A stretch of DNA of 64,000 nt, taken from an uncultured Gemmatimonadales bacterium. GTDB taxonomy: Bacteria; Gemmatimonadota; Gemmatimonadetes; Gemmatimonadales; GWC2-71-9. Below the pieces are notes generated by a model that saw nothing but the letters and a program-made list of their open reading frames with translations, made no database searches and had not been told where the DNA came from. Position numbers and translations under genes: made by a program. The stretch spans positions 1 to 64,000 of the forward strand of contig CAWJIM010000016.1 of the NCBI GenBank assembly GCA_963842945.1, given 5' to 3'. The stretch's first letter is position 1. Each line of letters starts with the position of its first letter. Positions 62,550-64,000 of the stretch are shown here, one piece after another.

Positions 62550-63524
62550 TCAGTGTCTAGGGACGTCAATCGTGAATGGCACCGTGTTCCTGAAGCGGGT
62601 TCTGATCAACTGGTTTCCCGTCGCGCGAGCCGCCCGGGAGACCAGGAGCGGGACCCAATGGGCCGGGAACTCCGACAGATCTGCCAGGAACTCCACTTCG
62701 ATCTGAAATGCGGAGTGCTTGAAGCCACGGCCTCTGGCGTGGTCCAGGTGACCTAGGTCTATATCGCTCAGTGTATGCGGGTACCAGTAGTCTTTGCCAC
62801 CTGCATCGTGCCGCAACACCCCCTGCCAGTCACCATACTGGATGTGCGTCGCCTCGTGCAGCATCGTACCGGCGCGGTGTCCGGGGTCGCTCGCCCGATT
62901 CAGGCTGGGACACCACATCTCCACCCGATCCCTGGCGCGCCACCCCATGACCGCGTGACCGTAGACGTTGTGCCCGTCACTGATGGTCTGGTTTCTGGGC
63001 TGGTATCGGAAGCCATGGACCGAGCCCGAAGCCCACTTGGTATAGTCACTACTGCTGTGCCACGGGCGCCCAGCTCCATTCCTCGGTGGAAGGCTCCTCT
63101 GGCTGCCGACAAGAGGGTTGTAGCCGACCACCTGCTGCGGGCCACCACCGGCAACGCCGGGCCGCACTAACCCGGTGTCCACCCCGGCTCGCAGGAGAAA
63201 GGCCGCATTCATCATCTTCGAGAACGCAGAATTCGGAGACGACTTTCCCCAGCCCCAGCCATCGCCCCACTGCTTCTCCTGCAAGTTGAAGTAATCGGCG
63301 AACACCGCCTGGAAAGCCGAATCCCCTGCCAGTGCTGCCGCAATCTGGATGTCCTCGGGGTTGGCAGCCGTTCCACAGGTTGGATCGTCAGCTCCGGCAA
63401 AGGCCGCGACCATAACTGCGGCGGCAAGCGCCGCGAATAGTCCTCGGCACCTACCGGCACTCCTGGCGATCACGCCAACGCCAGGTTTAAGGGGCGACCT
63501 CTCCTCTCGCCGTATCGGTGCCAA
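62550..63524 (-). CDS. secreted hypothetical protein with HExxH (zincin-like) motif
   Basis: Hydrophobic signal AALAAAVMVAAFA; RAGTMLHEATH; start uncertain. Confidence 0.6.
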   Translation of the reverse strand: MAPIRREERSPLKPGVGVIARSAGRCRGLFAALAAAVMVAAFAGADDPTCGTAANPEDIQIAAALAGDSAFQAVFADYFNLQEKQWGDGWGWGKSSPNSAFSKMMNAAFLLRAGVDTGLVRPGVAGGGPQQVVGYNPLVGSQRSLPPRNGAGRPWHSSSDYTKWASGSVHGFRYQPRNQTISDGHNVYGHAVMGWRARDRVEMWCPSLNRASDPGHRAGTMLHEATHIQYGDWQGVLRHDAGGKDYWYPHTLSDIDLGHLDHARGRGFKHSAFQIEVEFLADLSEFPAHWVPLLVSRAARATGNQLIRTRFRNTVPFTIDVPRH

Positions 63525-64000
63525 TCTCCGGCCGCTCCAAAAGGGGATACAGAGTGGTGGGAAGCTGTTTTTTCAAGCTGCTTTGAGCGTCAGGGTCGCC
63601 TCGATGGCGCCGCAGGTAGGCGTTGATTGCTGCCATTCGAACCACAACTGACTCATGACCTCGGATGATCGTCACCAGTACCTGGTCAATTCCCTTCCTG
63701 GACACGGCGGATAGCTGTTCCACCGCCGTGGAAACGATCATTTCCTCCCGGTCTCGAGCCGAGAGGCCGTCGGATATCCTGGCTGCAGGGAGCGGAGTCC
63801 AAATGATGGAATTCAGCTGACGGACTATGGCGCTCGCCCCCAAGGAGCCCAGGAGTTGGACCGCCTGGAAGCGTTGCAGAAAGTCGGCCTTATCGAGCCC
63901 TTGGTAGTACGTGTAGATGACTGCCGGGGCCTGCGGCTGCTGGCTAAGCAAGCGTATGGCCCGCTCGAAGCTGAGTGGTGTCCTGTTGGGTAGCCCGGCC
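63487..64000 (-). CDS. partial helical/HEAT-like hypothetical protein (5' end outside the window)
   Basis: RFQAVQLLGSLG, VVVRMAAINAY HEAT-like segments; overlaps the start of the HExxH gene. Confidence 0.5.
   Translation of the reverse strand, partial: AGLPNRTPLSFERAIRLLSQQPQAPAVIYTYYQGLDKADFLQRFQAVQLLGSLGASAIVRQLNSIIWTPLPAARISDGLSARDREEMIVSTAVEQLSAVSRKGIDQVLVTIIRGHESVVVRMAAINAYLRRHRGDPDAQSSLKKQLPTTLYPLLERPEIGTDTARGEVAP

Overview
GC-rich bacterial DNA, most likely Gemmatimonadota (inferred from the paralogous 'LADRYRxERELGRGGMATVYLA' Ser/Thr kinases, Kelch/RCC1 lipoproteins and clade II nosZ). Many long genes carry single-base frameshifts, which suggests an unpolished long-read assembly. A degenerate tRNA-Leu 3' fragment with an adjacent IHF-like site at ~27.26-27.33 kb splits the window into two parts. 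Left part (1-27 kb): mostly co-oriented, short, cassette-like genes (DUF4256, DUF1801 x2, VOC, DUF3224, PaaI, GNAT, CPBP, SdpI, DinB, SDR) separated by eroded integron attC-like right arms (consensus CGCCGCAGCTGATGCGCnnTCCGTTAGGCGG), with no integrase in the window. Right part (27-64 kb): Kef antiporter, type II P-ATPase, CopB-type ATPase with a Met/His-rich partner, ppsA, a CBS protein, a lipoprotein-type clade II nosZ-B-D-F-Y cluster lacking nosL and cytochrome c, Acg nitroreductase, ackA, cheB, hemG, ROK kinase, malic enzyme and several secreted beta-propeller lipoproteins including a metzincin-Kelch fusion. The most striking signal is a promoter architecture repeated at 11 promoters in the right part: TGAAG-N4-CTTCA-N6-(C/G)TTCA-N6-nnTCA-N11/12-[-10 box]. 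It points to an unrecognised OmpR/PhoB-type regulon linking N2O reductase with Kelch/RCC1 lipoproteins, ppsA, CBS, a phosphatase, cheB and a 47-aa membrane protein missing from the ORF track.
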